Notes: generated by a model from the letters alone, not told the origin. DNA of 64,000 nt from Octopus vulgaris (GCA_951406725.2 OX597837.1:20646001-20710000); one strand, 5' to 3'; counted from the stretch's first letter, positions 1 to 13,838 are shown. A program made the numbers and translations.

Positions 1-119
1 TATACATATATATATATATATATAAATACTCACACATATATATATATAAATACTCACACACACACACATATATATATATAAATATATATATATATATTTA
101 TACACATACATACATATTT

Positions 120-171
120 TACTTTTTTCTTTTATTTCTTTCGGTCATTGGACTACGGCCGTGCTGGGGCA
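120..171 (-). mobile_element. SINE-A 3' end fragment (degenerate)
   Basis: ggtcattggactacggccgtgctggggca resembles the reverse-strand 3' end of the other SINE-A copies. Confidence 0.55.
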
Positions 172-237
<66 letters not shown>

Positions 238-240
238 GGA
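172..240. repeat. (GATA)n microsatellite
   Basis: Direct reading. Confidence 0.95.
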
Positions 241-1619
241 TAGACACAAATGAATATGTGTGCGACACGGACACACATACACAGACATACTTTTACAAGC
301 ATACAGAGAGGAGGAGTGTATGTTTGTATGCGTGCATGTGTGTGCGCTGGGTTTTATTAGGCTGATGGTGGTGGTGGTGGTGGTGATAGTGGTGATGGTG
401 GGGGGTAGTAGTAGTAGTAGTAGCAGTAGCAGTGTCGGCGGGATGTCACTGAATGCTTTGTGCTACCATCAGTGATTTTACCAAATCTCAGTAACGCTGG
501 ATGATCTCTCTGCCTCACGCTGTTAATTTCGCTTAATTCGAGTCTTCTTTGCGAGTCACTGTCTCCTCTATAAAATCATACCTTACAGTTTTCTTAAAAT
601 GGGGAAAGGCCATATTGTCTGGATACTTTAAAAGGAGAGAGAAAAAAAAGAAAAGAAAATTTGCTGGATGCTCACGCCTGGAAAGCCTGATTGCTAATTT
701 GGAACTAAACTTTTGGCTAACTTTGAGATAACAACAACGGAGTTTTTTTTCCTTCTTCCCCGTTTTTGCCTTGCGCGGTTGGTCTGTTTAAGGGTTAGTC
801 AAGTCTCTCTTCACAAGGGAAGGACGTTTTAGATAACGTAGTCCATGGTACACTGCGGACCGAAAACAACCCGCATTGTCACACCTAGAATGTGATTCAC
901 ATGCACCTAGTTATTAAGAGCCAACTTCAGGACCAAACATGTCTTACCAATCTCAATCAACCACGGAGCCTCTTCGTGGTCAGTCGGCTTGCTCGAAGGA
1001 GCAATCAAAGTTCTCTTTAAAAGTACAAGGGATGGACACATTTAATAAATCTAGTGTTATCTGGTTGAGTCGATGTTGGTTTTATAATGTAGAGAGAGAG
1101 GTTATAGCTAAAAGCGGTCTGTTTAGTCTGGACTGACCTGTGGTTAAACAAGTTCGCAAACACGAACCAATCAAATCAGGAAGCCTGTACGAAGTTGCTT
1201 GACTTACTAGAAATAGCAGCCAAAATTGTCATTTGTCTCAAATCACACTAACAAAAGCAAAAAAAGAAAACAGAAGGACGAAATGGATAATGGAGTCTTG
1301 AGATGAACATTCTTTAAAAAAAAGAACGGAATGGTCACATCCAGGATGCTGTCTTGCTCGTCCTGCTGACCTGGGGCTATAAACAACAGGAAAACTTCGC
1401 TAATCTCACTGATAATAACGGTCATCGTATTGTTTGTAAGTGCAGTGGTGGTAGTGGTGGCTACAGTTGTGGTTCGAGCGATGGTGGTGAAGGTGGGATG
1501 ATACGATGGTTGTGGTGTAGACAGTATAAAGTGGGTTGTAAGGATTTATAAAGGTGTAGATGTGGTTGGTGATCGCTAAATGATTGGAGTATGACGACAG
1601 AAAAGGAGGGGAAAGGAAG

Positions 1620-4560
1620 AAAGTGGTAGAAGAGATAGGCAGGCGGCGGCGGTGATTGTGGTGGTGGTGGTGGTCGTCGTGATGTTGATGATAGAGATGA
1701 TGGCAGCGGTGATGGGGGGTGATGATGAGGATGATAATTATGATGGTGATTATGCTAGTGATGATGATGAACTAAGAAAGGGAAATGTTCCTGCCCCAGA
1801 CAGTGATACTTGGAGGGAGAGGTGACAATGATGGTGTCGCCGATGCTGGTTACCCTATTGGCAAGGGTAATAAGATGGTTAATATTAACGATACCATTGG
1901 TTGAATGGTAGCAAAGACGGTAGTGACGATATTTTTAGCACTACTACGAACAGCAGCAGCAGTAGCAGTAGTAGTAGTGGTGGTGGTGGTAGTGGTTGTA
2001 ATAGGGACGATACGGGTAAGAGCGGTAGAGATGGTAGTGGCGGTTATAAAAGGGAGAGGGTTTCGTCGTCGCCGCCGCCGTAATGGTAATGTCACTGTCG
2101 ATGATGGCGACCATGACGGTGGTGGTAGACTGGGAGACTAGGAATGCATCGGTGACGGAGGATGAAGTTTGGATTATTTCGGGTTCCTGTTGATGATGGT
2201 CACGGACGGAGCACTAACAGGTATTGAGTACATTAGAGAGGAAAGGAAGAAGAGAAAGAGAAAGAGGTGTACATGTAAGGTAAATGGTGACAGGATGACA
2301 GAAAATGAGTGATGGTGATGCAGAAGTTGGTGAGAAGAGAGAGAAGAGACAGAGAAAGAAACATTGGCTATGATGGTGATAGTGATGATTATGATGATGA
2401 TGATTTTGATGGTAAAAGGAAAAGGGTGGTTTAGTCGAGAGACAGAGAGGGTAGGAGTTAAGTAAACATAAGAGATGGGAGTGGTGGTAGTAGTAGTAGA
2501 AGGCAATGGTAATTAGTAGGAGACTAGAAGAAGGGGCGGAGAAAGAGAGGAAGTGTGTGTGTGTTGTGAGGGAAAGAGAGAAGGAGGTATGAAAAGAGAA
2601 GAAGGTGAACTATAGTGAGGGTTAATGGTGAAAGAGTATTGATATGTGAGAGAGTGAAGGACGGAGTGATAAAGATGGGTAGAGAATGAAGAAGAGTAGA
2701 AGTAGTGAGTGAGAGAACGGCAAAGATACATTGAAAAGCAGTAAGAGACTGAGAGAGTGGGAGGTGAGCAAGAATAAAAAGGAAAGGAAAAAAGAAAGAG
2801 TAGAGAAGTGAGATAAGAAGAGAGAAGAGTAGTTGCGTGAGGAAAGGTGTAAGTAAGACGTGATTAAGAGGAGAAGTGATAGAAAGATATAGAAAAGTAG
2901 AGAGTCGGAGTGTCAGAAACAACGAATACAACAAGCACACACGCATTGACAATCTTGTAGTCGAATGCGGATCTTCGTACGCTTGTGATTTGTCTATCGT
3001 TCTATGTTTGTGCGTGCGAGGCGTGCTCAAGACTAATAACGAGAGAAAAGGAGGAAGAAGTCACTGTGAAAACTAGTTTTAAAAAACGTCGGTTTGAAGT
3101 CATTGAAATAGTTAAGAAAGAGGAGGAAAAGTTTGAAAATGAGAGAGTATAAGAAGTAAGGATAGAGAGAGAGAGAAAGTATGAGGAAAGGAAAGAAAGG
3201 AGAAAAATGAGCGTACGATGTATGCGAAGAGAGAGAGACAATGAGAGATGAACATGAGTTGCAGTAATTTCAGGAGTAAAAGTTGCTAAGTGAAGCTTAA
3301 TGATGGCGAGTGTGGTTAGTTAGAGGGGAAAATAAAAGAGAGAGAGTTATGAAGACATTAGACAGACAGACAGATTAAAGAAATAAGATGAGTAGATTAG
3401 AACTATAAAGCATAGATGAAGTGTTAGTGAGAAAGAGAGTGCATGCCTGTATGTGTGTGTGAGTGTGTGCGTGTGAACCGCGGCTTTTAAGGTGTAGTAA
3501 GAGGAGAGATATGAAAGTAGTGGTTAGGCTCGAACATTGAGACTTAGAGATGGAAGTTGCAGGAGGAGGTAAGTGAGAGAAATAGTAAAAGTTAGAGATA
3601 GTGTGATGGGAGGGAATGACAGAATGCGAGTGAAAAGTTAGTGAGTTAAATAGAGAGAGAGAGAGAGAGAGTAAGAGTAAGAGTGGGATAAGAACTCTGG
3701 TAATAGATATGGTATATCGAGATGGTGGTTATAAAAGATGAGAGGAAAAGAAAAGGAAAGATACGATGAGAGAAAGCCAGCAGTTAAGTGTGGGAGAGCG
3801 AATGAAGGAGATGTAATGTTTAAGAGAGAGAGAGAGGGGTTAAGAGTGCCACGATAGAGGAAAAACAGAGAAGAGTTGAGTGAACGTGAGAGGAGAGAAA
3901 GAAAAGGAGCAGGAGTGTAAGGGGGGAGGGAGAGTAGATACGATAATGCTAGTATTTAGAAGAGTAGGGGGAAGAGGTAGAAGAATGATTGGTCATATGG
4001 GAGTTGCAGAGCAATGCATTGCATTGAAGTTGGAGAAATTTAACACGTGGGGAGTTTACTGAGAAAGGGAATTATTCGTGAAGATGTAAATACAGTACGG
4101 TGAAGGAGAGAGAGACAGAGAGAGAGAGCAAATGAAAGAGAGTAGGGAGAAGAGAGAGAGAGAGATGGAAGAAGGGAGATATACTAAGGATAAGAGTGAG
4201 ACAAGCGAAAGCGCGCTAGAGAAAGTGAAAGCTGAGAGAGATTGGGAGAGATAGAGAAGAAAGTGAGAATGACAGAAGCAAAAGTGCGCCAACAACCACT
4301 AGCGGACTTACTATAAAAGGTGGGAGGTAGAGGTAAAAAAATAAGGATGGAAGGAGGTGAGATGGCGTATAAGTGAAGCTGAGAAAGATGAACTTCGAAG
4401 TGGATTATGCGAGTGATGATGGTGACAGTGGTACGGGTTGTGGTGGTGGCGGCGGCGGTGGTGTTAGTAAACGGGGGAATAAGTTAGGTGGATGGGTGGC
4501 TGGCTGTTTATCTGGCGGACTGGTTGGCTGGTTGGCTGGCTGGTTGGCTAGCTGGCTGGT
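1620..4560. repeat. Low-complexity GGT/GAT-rich then AG-rich strand-skewed tract
   Basis: C-depleted + strand, decayed (GA)n/(GAT)n/(GGT)n. Confidence 0.75.
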
Positions 4561-4688
4561 TGGCATAGTTTAGAACAATGCATACACGTGTATACACACA
4601 ATAAACAAGTACACACGCACGCACGCACAGACACACACACACACACAGGTGTACAAATACTTTGGGTCACTTTCTGCCGCAATTTCAG

Positions 4689-4964
<276 letters not shown>

Positions 4965-5183
4965 TTACTTATATTTTTGTAGCATCAAATATGGATTCAT
5001 AGAATCGTATCACAGAAAGCTCCTCCGGCAGACTCGGCTGGCAGACCACATTGTAATCCAATACAGAGGAGTGTAGTGCAGAGTTCCATGTTGCTGAAAT
5101 CTAGGAGATCCAATCGATGAAATTATTTCACGAGGAGTATATTAACTATAAAAAGTTTTCCTGACATTTTATGGTTTATATAG

Positions 5184-5238
<55 letters not shown>

Positions 5239-5260
5239 GCGCGCGCGCGGGAGTGGTTAT

Positions 5261-5383
5261 GGGTGCAAGTGTGGCTGTGTGGTAAGAAGCTTGTTTCCCA
5301 ACCACATGTTTCCCACTGAACACCCAAGGGCCGACAAAAGTGGGTTTGGCCGGCGGAAACTGAAAGCCTGTCGTATATATCTA

Positions 5384-5420
<37 letters not shown>

Positions 5421-5690
5421 GTGTGTGTGTGTGGTGAGTGTGCGTGTATGTGTGTGTGTGTGTGCTATACATACATATATATGTATATATGTATGTTTGT
5501 CCCTCCCCCCACCATCGTTTGACAACCGATGTTGGTGTTTTTATGTCCCTGCAACATTAGCGGTTCGGTAAAAGAGACCGTTAGAATAAGTACTAGGCTA
5601 ACATAGAATAAGTCCTGGGGGTGATTTGTTCGACTAAAGGTGGTGCTCCAGCATAGTCGCAGCCAAATGACTAAAGCAAGTAAAGGAATA
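5261..5690 (+). mobile_element. SINE-A, diverged copy (tRNA-derived head, central microsatellite, conserved 3' half)
   Basis: tggctgtgtggtaag head, cggaaactgaaag, (GT)n, tagcggttcggtaaaagagaccg...aaatgactaaagcaagtaaa. Confidence 0.85.
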
Positions 5691-5709
5691 TACATACATA
5701 GGGACAAAC

Positions 5710-5812
5710 ACGGCTGTGTTGATAGGAAGCTTAATTTGCAATCACCTTGTTCAGTCCTTTTGTGCGGCAACTTAGGCAAGTAACTTCTACTATAGCCCAA
5801 GCCGACCAACGC
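5710..5812 (+). mobile_element. SINE-A head fragment
   Basis: ggctgtgttg...ggcaagtaacttctactatagccc. Confidence 0.6.
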
Positions 5813-5814
5813 AA

Positions 5815-6451
5815 TGTGCTCCGTCCCCTGTTATGCTGCCTTCGCCCGCACTAGGTCTGTTGACGGCGCAACAGCCCTCTCTACCATCCCTCCATCCTAC
5901 TCCTCCAACGCCCTACTATACGTGCTTTCCACCAACTCCTATACGACTCCTCCCGTATTTTTCCCCAACTTGCGCCTGCCTTTCCTTCAAACGTGTCCGC
6001 AACCTACCTGAATTATTGGCCCGTCGTTCTTCCCCAACTCCCGACACTCAACCTGGCTCCTTGCTTTTGCCGACGCTGCTGCCGCACCAGCCTTTCTTTC
6101 CAACACTACCGTCTTCACCGGTACCTACAAATACTCCTTTTATTTCGCCGACTCCTTCAATTGCACCTCTAGTAATCTGATTACTAAATTTTCTGCTCTC
6201 TGTTACTCTCCGTACATTGGACAGACTGGTCGACACGTGGCTAACCGTTTTGCTGAATATCAAATTCAGTAATGACACCTCGGTGTCGCATCATTTCCGT
6301 TCGGCAGGTTACTCCTTGCAACATGTGTCTGCGTTCGGACTGACCTTGTACAGAGGCCATGCGGACTCACACTTCGTCTGAAGCAAGAATTAGTTTTCTT
6401 TCTCCATACTTCAGTTCTCACGGTCTAAATTCTCCACCTCTTTTCATTTAA
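5815..6451 (+). pseudogene. Penelope-like element 3' remnant with GIY-YIG endonuclease
   Basis: From 6150: DSFNCTSSNLITKFSALCYSPYIGQTGRHVANRFAEY; upstream SFKRVRNLPELL; downstream VSHHF and HGLN; frameshifted. Confidence 0.85.
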
Positions 6452-7129
6452 ACTCCCCTCACACACGCCTTACATTCCCACTGTCCCCTCAACATCTACC
6501 CATCACATACCTTACAGTATACACATGCACCTATACACACATGCACTCACACACTGCTTATTCCTACTTCACACACACACACACCAACACCCACACTTCT
6601 ACTGCAGTCCCCACCCCAACTTATTATCTTCACACTTATAGTACAAACACTTCCCAACACCTACTACTTTTATCAACTCTGTTGCACCTAACAGCTCTAT
6701 CCAGTATAACATACCTAACATCCATACAAATACACAGACACGCACGCGCACGCGCACATGCACGCACAAGCACATGGTATATATGCACACAATAGATTCA
6801 TTCACATCGCGCATACGTCTGGATAGCCTCATACACACAAACACACACACGCACACACACACAAACATACGTGAGATAGCCTCATATACACTCATAACAT
6901 GGACGCGCGCACAAGCATATATATACATGCACACGCAAAAACGCAAACAGTATACACACGCATGTTTGCTCTTCCAGATACATATGCCAGGTTCGCAGGT
7001 ATTCCCCTTGCCCCCCACAATCCAATTGTCACCCTTGCCACTCACTCCTTTAGCGACCTCTTTCTACTTCCGGTCATTTCAGCATGCAGTGACCGTTTAG
7101 TTGAGATACATGTCTTCTTTTCTCTCCCT

Positions 7130-7850
7130 ATTTATTTACGTCCCCGTTACTTGGCACGAAGGCCAAAGATATCGATAGGATAAGTACCAAACTTAAAAAT
7201 GAAAATAAAAATACTACAGCGGTTGATTTAGTTAGTTAGTTAGTTAGTTAGTTAATTTGGCTCAAAAGCAAATAGCAAGGCCATGTAGGGGGACATGGAG
7301 TTAAGTACAGGGTGGTGTTCATGTAAAGAGTTCAGGCCACTTGAGGTCCAGGGAGGCTTTGAACAAAGCGGTCGTCGGCATCTTCACCATCTCGTCTGGC
7401 AGCTTGTTCCACGGATCCGCAACCCGGACGGAGAAAGCTCCTCTCCTTCGATTGAGATGAAATCGTCGCAGGTAGAGCTTTTCGGAATGACCCCGCAGCC
7501 GACGCTCTGGAGCAGGAGTGAAGAACAGCTCTTTCCCGCTTATGATGTTGTGAGCAAGAATGAGATCACCACGGCGGCGGCGTTTTTCAAGAGAATAAAG
7601 GTCGAGCGTCCTCAGCCTTTCTTCGTAGGACAAATTTTTGAGACCATGAACCATGCGGGTAGCCAGCCTCTGGACTCTTTCGAGATGCTGTATGTCTTTG
7701 AGGAGATAAGGAGAAGAGGCTTGAATCCCATACTCCAATATGGGTCTCACCAGCGTGACATAGAGTGGTAGGAATATGATTTGTTTGACTACACTCTTCA
7801 AGGCGGTGCCCCAGCGTGGCCACAGTCTAACGACTGAAACAGATGACAAT
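7130..7850 (+). mobile_element. SINE-A 3' half split by a CR1 insertion
   Basis: tttacgtccccgt...ggttgattt | CR1 | tgatttgtttgact...gactgaaaca. Confidence 0.7.
7230..7776 (-). mobile_element. 5'-truncated CR1-clade LINE (ORF2 C-terminus, 3'UTR, (TAAC)n tail)
   Basis: LVRPILEYG...LERVQRLATRM...LSYEERL...LEKRRRRGDLI...RGHS...FSVRVADPWNKLP; tgattt at 7224-7229 and 7777-7782 as probable TSD. Confidence 0.92.
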
Positions 7851-8079
7851 TGAAGGTTAGACACAGACCTGAACGTCTCCTTAAAAGTTTCCCACCCATC
7901 TGGTGTATTGGCATTGTCAGAGCTCAGCTAGCGTGTTAGGACACTTGCTTAACGACTGCTCAGTCTTGTCATCATTTTTACTTCGGAGTAAAAACAGTTT
8001 AGAGAACAAAAACACGTCATCTGTTTTGCCGTTCTTCACTCTCCACCCATATATCACCCACCGGACTTCATTATCTTTC

Positions 8080-8290
8080 ATCTTTAATCTTTTATTTGTT
8101 TCAGTCCTTGGATTGTGGCCAAGGGTTCAGTCGCACGAATCTATATCACAACTTGATTTTTTTCTTAAAAAAGGCTGGTATTTTATTTATTTTTTTTTTA
8201 TTTAGTCTTACCGAAACGCAAGGTTACGGGGACATTAAAAAACAAACTGGTTGTCAAGTAGTGGTGCGGGCCAAAGACAACACACACGCA
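8080..8290 (-). mobile_element. SINE-A 3' half, degenerate
   Basis: ttgtttcagtc...gttacggggac...ggttgtcaag. Confidence 0.65.
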
Positions 8291-8382
8291 TTTATAAGTG
8301 CGCATGTGTGTATGTGTGTGTACGTATGTATGTATGTATCTGCGAGCGTGTATATACATCCCTTCTCTATATGTATGCCCTC

Positions 8383-8416
<34 letters not shown>

Positions 8417-9060
8417 CTAGCAGAGACACCCGGCGTTGCTCGGGATTATTAAAATGGCATAGTTTGTATATAATATATATTACAGTAATGTTGAAACAGG
8501 TGATATGGGAAAGTGCAGCATTGTGGAGTAGATGATGGGCTAATTCGACTAAGCAACATGTTATGCGTCCATTTGGAGTATTTCAGGCCCTAACCTGTGG
8601 AGGGGGGGGTATGTGATTTTTGAACGCACCGAGAAGCTGTCAGTGGATATACTCTCTTTTGCAGCAGTCGGCTCTGTGTCTAACACGACCCATCATCTGA
8701 TGGGTCGGGTTTGTTGTCCTACATCACTCATAAATTAAATTTGGAGGAACTGTGGTTGTTCATTTGTGGACAACAGGGAACCAACGAGGTGATAGATTTG
8801 CCCTTGAACTTTGACGTCGTCGTAAACTCATGTTTATCTATGTTCTTAGATGCACCAAACGATGTCATTTGCAGAGTTTTATTGTCTGATATTGTTCAGA
8901 AAATCCTTTGACTGGATGGAAGTGCCTTCTAGGAGATCCATAAGAGATTGAGAAGAAGCTGGTAGTGCTGGCAATGTTACCTGAGCAGCACATACCATTT
9001 GTTTCATTTCCAAATTTTAAAGCTCCACAGAAATGACAATTTGTGTTTAGCACATCAATT
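8417..9060 (-). mobile_element. Helitron remnant with Rep N-terminal coding fragments
   Basis: Minus-strand 3' end cccgagcaacgccggg hairpin then CTAG; CHFCGALKFGNETNGMCCSG, FLNNIRQ*NSA, QMTSFG, KVQGQIYHLVGSLL, PQFLQI. Confidence 0.88.
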
Positions 9061-9152
9061 TGGACAGAGTTATTATTATGAGGAGCACATGCGAAAGCGG
9101 TCGACTACGTAAATATAATATAAATATATTATTTCATCTCTCTCTCTATGTA

Positions 9153-9191
<39 letters not shown>

Positions 9192-9209
9192 GTGTGTGTG
9201 CGTGTGTCT

Positions 9210-9419
9210 GTGTGTCTGTGTTTGTCCCCCCGCCCATCGCTTGACAACCGAGGTTAGTGTGTCTACGTTCCCGTAACTTAGCGGTTCAGCAAAAGAGATC
9301 GATAGAATAAGTACTAGGCTTACAAACAAAAAGTCCTGCGGTCGATTCGTTCGATTAAAGGCGGTGCTCCAACACGGCTGCAGTCAAATGACTGAAACAG
9401 GTAAAAGAGTAAAAGAGTA
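9210..9419 (+). mobile_element. SINE-A 3' half
   Basis: Matches the other copies; ends (taaaagag)2. Confidence 0.85.
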
Positions 9420-9458
9420 TATATATATACACACATACACACAAATAAAACAATAAAA

Positions 9459-9493
<35 letters not shown>

Positions 9494-9499
<6 letters not shown>

Positions 9500-9984
9500 C
9501 GTAGGCGTGGCTGTATAGGCGTAGGATGGTTGTATAGGCGCAGGAGTGGCTGTATAGGCGTAGGAGTGACTGTGTTTTAAGTAGCTTGCTTACCAACCAC
9601 ATGGTTCCGGGTTCAGTTCCACGGCATGGTACTTTGGGCAAGTGTCTTCTACTATAGCCTCAGGCCGACTAAAGCCTTGTGAGTGGATTTGGTAGACGGA
9701 AACTGAAAGAAGCCCGTCGTATATATGTATGTGTGTGTGTGTGTTTGTGTGCCTGTGTTTGTCCCCACCCCAACAACGTTTGACAACCGATGCTGGTGTG
9801 TTTACGTCCCCGTAACTTAGCGGTTCGGCAAAACAGACCGATAGAATAAGTACCAGGCTTACAAAGTAAGCCTGGTACTTATAGTCCTCGTACAAAATAG
9901 TCCTGGGATCTATTTGCTCGACTAAAGTCGGTGGTCCAGCATGGCCACAGTCAAATGACTGAAACAAGTAAAAGGGTAAAAGAG
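9494..9984 (+). mobile_element. SINE-A full copy with reiterated 5' end; family may be an octopus OR-type CORE-SINE
   Basis: Family head has A-box tggctgtgtggt, B-box ggttcagt(c/t)cc and CORE-like ttgggcaagtgtctt; family name is from memory, not searched. Confidence 0.9.
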
Positions 9985-9991
9985 CATACAC

Positions 9992-10056
<65 letters not shown>

Positions 10057-10062
10057 GAGATA

Positions 10063-10906
10063 CGAAGGGGTACCCAAAAGGAAACGGAATTCTGCAATAT
10101 TATTTTATTGACTTGGTCTTACAATGTTTATTCTTTTATCGCCTTCAACGTATTCTCCGTTTGATGCAATGCATCGGTCCAGACGCGTTTTCCACTGTTC
10201 GAAGCAGTTCTGGAACCCTTGCGAAGTGACGTCTTCTAACGCTTCCGTCATTTTTTTTTCTTCACCTCTTTCACGTCTACAAAGAGTTTTCCTTTAAGGA
10301 CTTTTTTCATTCGGGGGAACAAAGGAGCAAGATCGGTTGAATAAGGAGGGTGGATAAGCGGAGTCATGCCATTTTTGGTCAAAAACTGTCTCACACTTAA
10401 CGCGGTGTACGCAGGCGCATTGACATGATGAAACCACCATTTTCCATTTCTCCACAGGTCGATGCGTTTTCGTCTCACTGCGCTTGCAAATGCTTCGGAA
10501 CTTCCAAGTAAAATATTTGGTTGAAAGTTTGACCAGGAGGTACAAATTCTGTGTAGACAATTCCTTTTATATCAATGAAATAAATGAGCATCATCTTGGC
10601 ATTGGATTTAACTTGACGCGTTTTTGGAGGAAGTGGTGACATCGAATGCTTCCATTGACATGATTGCTGCTTCGTTTCCGGGTTGTAGCCGTAGCACCAG
10701 TTTTCGTCACCAGAGATGACCTTCGGAAACAGGCCCGGATCAACTTCGAACTGTTCTTTCAGTTCACGACTCGCATTCCCTCATGACTACTTTTGATCTT
10801 CCGTGAGCAAGCGAGTGGCATCAGGTGGCCTCTAGCAACGGAAGCCTAAACTACAAAGGGCTTGTCCCATAGAGAACATTTCTAGTTACTTTTGGGCACC
10901 TCTTCG
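10063..10906 (-). mobile_element. Internally deleted mariner element with TIRs and TA TSD
   Basis: ta-cgaaggggtacccaaaag ... cttttgggcacctcttcg-ta; GDENWCYGYNPETKQQS, HHVNAPAYTA, HPPYSTDLAP. Confidence 0.92.
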
Positions 10907-11032
10907 TATGTATGTGTGTGTATGTGTGTGTGTGTGTGTACGTATGTATATATAGTCCGTCATAATTTTCTATAATTGCATAATACATACATATACACAT
11001 ACATACATACGTACGCATATACATGTATATGC

Positions 11033-11084
<52 letters not shown>

Positions 11085-11086
<2 letters not shown>

Positions 11087-11350
11087 AGGCACATGGCCTT
11101 GTGGTTTAATGCTGCGGACTCGAGGTCGAGGGATCACGGGTTCGAATCTCAGGCCGGGCGATGTGTGTGTTTATGAGCGAAAACACCTAAGCTCCACGCG
11201 GCTCCGGCAGAAAGAAATGGCGAACTTCTGCTGACTCTTTCGCCATAACTTTCTTTCACTCTTTCTTCCTGCATCTTGCAGCTCACCTGCGACGGACCGG
11301 AGTCCTATCCAGGTGGGGAACCTATACGCCAAGGGAACCGGGAAACCGGT
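11085..11350 (+). mobile_element. tRNA-derived SINE type C
   Basis: tggccttgtggtt A-box, gggttcgaatctc B-box; homologous to 42005-42310. Confidence 0.85.
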
Positions 11351-11624
11351 TCTAAATTTGTATGTGAGATTGAATGCACATGCATAAAAATGCATATATA
11401 AGCATGCTCGCATATTCATGCGTTTGTGTACGTACATGTGTGTATGTAATAACTTGATTGTTTAACTCGTGTCCTGTATACTCTTAAAAGGAATTACGTT
11501 GAAAAGAAACAAGATGAAACAAGTCCTTAAAAATCAACGTATTTCAGTTACTGTATGCTCCTACGTCCTGCCTTGATATTTCAGGTTATTACGTTGAACT
11601 ATTTTATTTCAGCGGATACATACC

Positions 11625-11710
11625 TTAGACAGGTAGACTGACAGATAAGCAGAGAGACAGACAGGCAGGTAGACAGGCATTGAAGCAGACAGGCAGACAA
11701 ATAGATAGAT

Positions 11711-11790
<80 letters not shown>

Positions 11791-11999
11791 GGGTAGCAGG
11801 ATACGGAGACAGGCAGACAGACACTGATAGATACATACATACATGCATACATACATACATACATACATATATACATACATACATACATACATACATGCAT
11901 GCATACATACATACATCCATACATGCATACATACATACATACATACATACATATGTAAATACATACATACATACATACCTACATACATACATATGTAAA

Positions 12000-12030
<31 letters not shown>

Positions 12031-12355
12031 GTAAATACATACATACATACATACATACCTACATACATACATATGTAAATACATACATATATACATACAT
12101 ACATACATACATACATACATACATACATACATACATACATACATACATGCATGCATGCATGCATACATACATACATACATACATACATACATAAATAAAT
12201 ACATACATACATACATACGTACATACATATATATATACATGCATATATACATACATACATACGTACATACATATATATATGTATGCATATATACATACAT
12301 ACATACGTACGTACATACATACATGCATACATACGTAAATACATACGTACATACG
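11625..12355. repeat. Compound (GACA)/(GATA)n/(TACA)n microsatellite
   Basis: Direct reading. Confidence 0.95.
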
Positions 12356-12473
12356 AAGACATGTAACAGCATCGAGTCATGATGCTGTTGTTGTCTTTAG
12401 CAGCAGCAGGAGGGAGAAAGAGAAAAGGAAACATAAGAAGAAGAAGAAGAAGAAGAAGAAGTGATAGTTCCAG

Positions 12474-12518
<45 letters not shown>

Positions 12519-12764
12519 TGTGTGTGTGTGTGTGCGTGTGTGTGTTTGCATAGCACTGACTCAGTTGTTGTGGTTTATGATTTGGTACGGGGAGAAAAGA
12601 TAAGATTGCTCCGTGTCAAGTTCACGACCCGGTTTCGATTCTCGGTTAAGGACCTTTCACCTCACTAACACCGCTAGTGCCCTTGAAAATCTCATGTTCG
12701 CCGCCTATCTCTGAGAAATCGATAATTTTTTTTCATTCGTTTCTCGACATGAAGCTAAAGCATT

Positions 12765-12870
12765 AATGGCGCATCGGATAACATGTTTAGCAACGTTTCT
12801 TCTGGATGTTTACGCTCTCGGTTCAAATTCCACCGAAATCGACTTTACCTTTCATCTTTTTCGGAGATGA
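12765..12870 (+). mobile_element. SINE-B fragment, degenerate
   Basis: gttcaaattccaccgaaatcgactttacctttcatc. Confidence 0.65.
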
Positions 12871-12980
12871 CATACTATCACTGACTTTCCCAACTGAAAA
12901 TCCCGTGTGTGTGTGAGCGCGCGCGCGTATGTATGTACACACGCGTGCGCGCGCATGCACGTATATACACACACACATAT

Positions 12981-13382
12981 GGGCGCAGGCGTGGCTATGT
13001 GGTAAGAAACATGCTTCCCAACCACATGGTTCCGGGTTCAGCCCCGCTGCGTGGTACCTTGGACAAGTGCCTTCTATTATAGCCTCTGGCCGACCAAAGT
13101 CTACTTTGTAGATTTGGTAGACGGAAACTGAAAGAAGCACGTCGTATACGTGTGTGTGTGTGTGTGTGTGTGTGTATCTATATGTGTTTGTGTCTTTGTG
13201 TCTGTGTTTGTCCTCCCATCACCGCTTGACCACCAGTGTTGGTGTGTTTACATCCCCGTAATTTAAGGGTTCAGCAAAAGAGTCTGATAGATTAAGTACT
13301 AGGCTTAAAACTAAGTCCTGGGGGCGATTTGACCGACTAAAACCCCCAACGGCCGCAGTCAAGTGACTGAAACAAGTAAAAG

Positions 13383-13384
<2 letters not shown>
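12981..13384 (+). mobile_element. SINE-A full copy
   Basis: Head, central (GT)n, 3' half. Confidence 0.9.
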
Positions 13385-13450
<66 letters not shown>

Positions 13451-13598
13451 AGTAAGCGCATACGTAAGCATATATATACAAAATAAGGTAGGAAAATGGT
13501 ACTCTACCAAGAGTAGAAAAGTATCCATTTTTATCAAAGGCCGAAAGAATCTTCACAAACTGTTTTATGGGATTGTTCGTGAGACAGCTGCGATGATA

Positions 13599-13636
<38 letters not shown>

Positions 13637-13838
13637 CGCCATGATAGGTCGTTAGCTCCTACACGCATTTTTTTCTCTCCTTGTTTCTCTCCTTTTTTTT
13701 CTGTGTATTTTTCTGTAGAAGAACGTAGGCTCGAAACGTAAAAGACTTTTTCTATTCCTGAGCGTTATACTAATACATCTATTTGTTTTGTACACCACCT
13801 GTCTTCGTCTTTTGTTTATTTTCGTAAACTTTCCCTTT
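13637..13838 (+). mobile_element. About 200-bp (TA)n-embedded element with minimal hammerhead-like motif (13709-13744)
   Basis: ctgtagaa-gaac-gtag-gctc-gaaa-cgta-aaag; same ends as 42877-43066. Confidence 0.7.

Noticed and set aside
7070-7116. cggtca/tgaccg stem and gatacatgtc after the PLE tail
   Set aside because: No CUGANGA core; too degraded to call an HHR
9494-9572. 20-bp direct repeats resembling a CRISPR array
   Set aside because: No spacers, eukaryotic context; these are SINE head reiterations
11085-11160. tRNA-like A/B boxes here and in other SINE heads
   Set aside because: Embedded in SINE bodies with no intact cloverleaf; not tRNA genes
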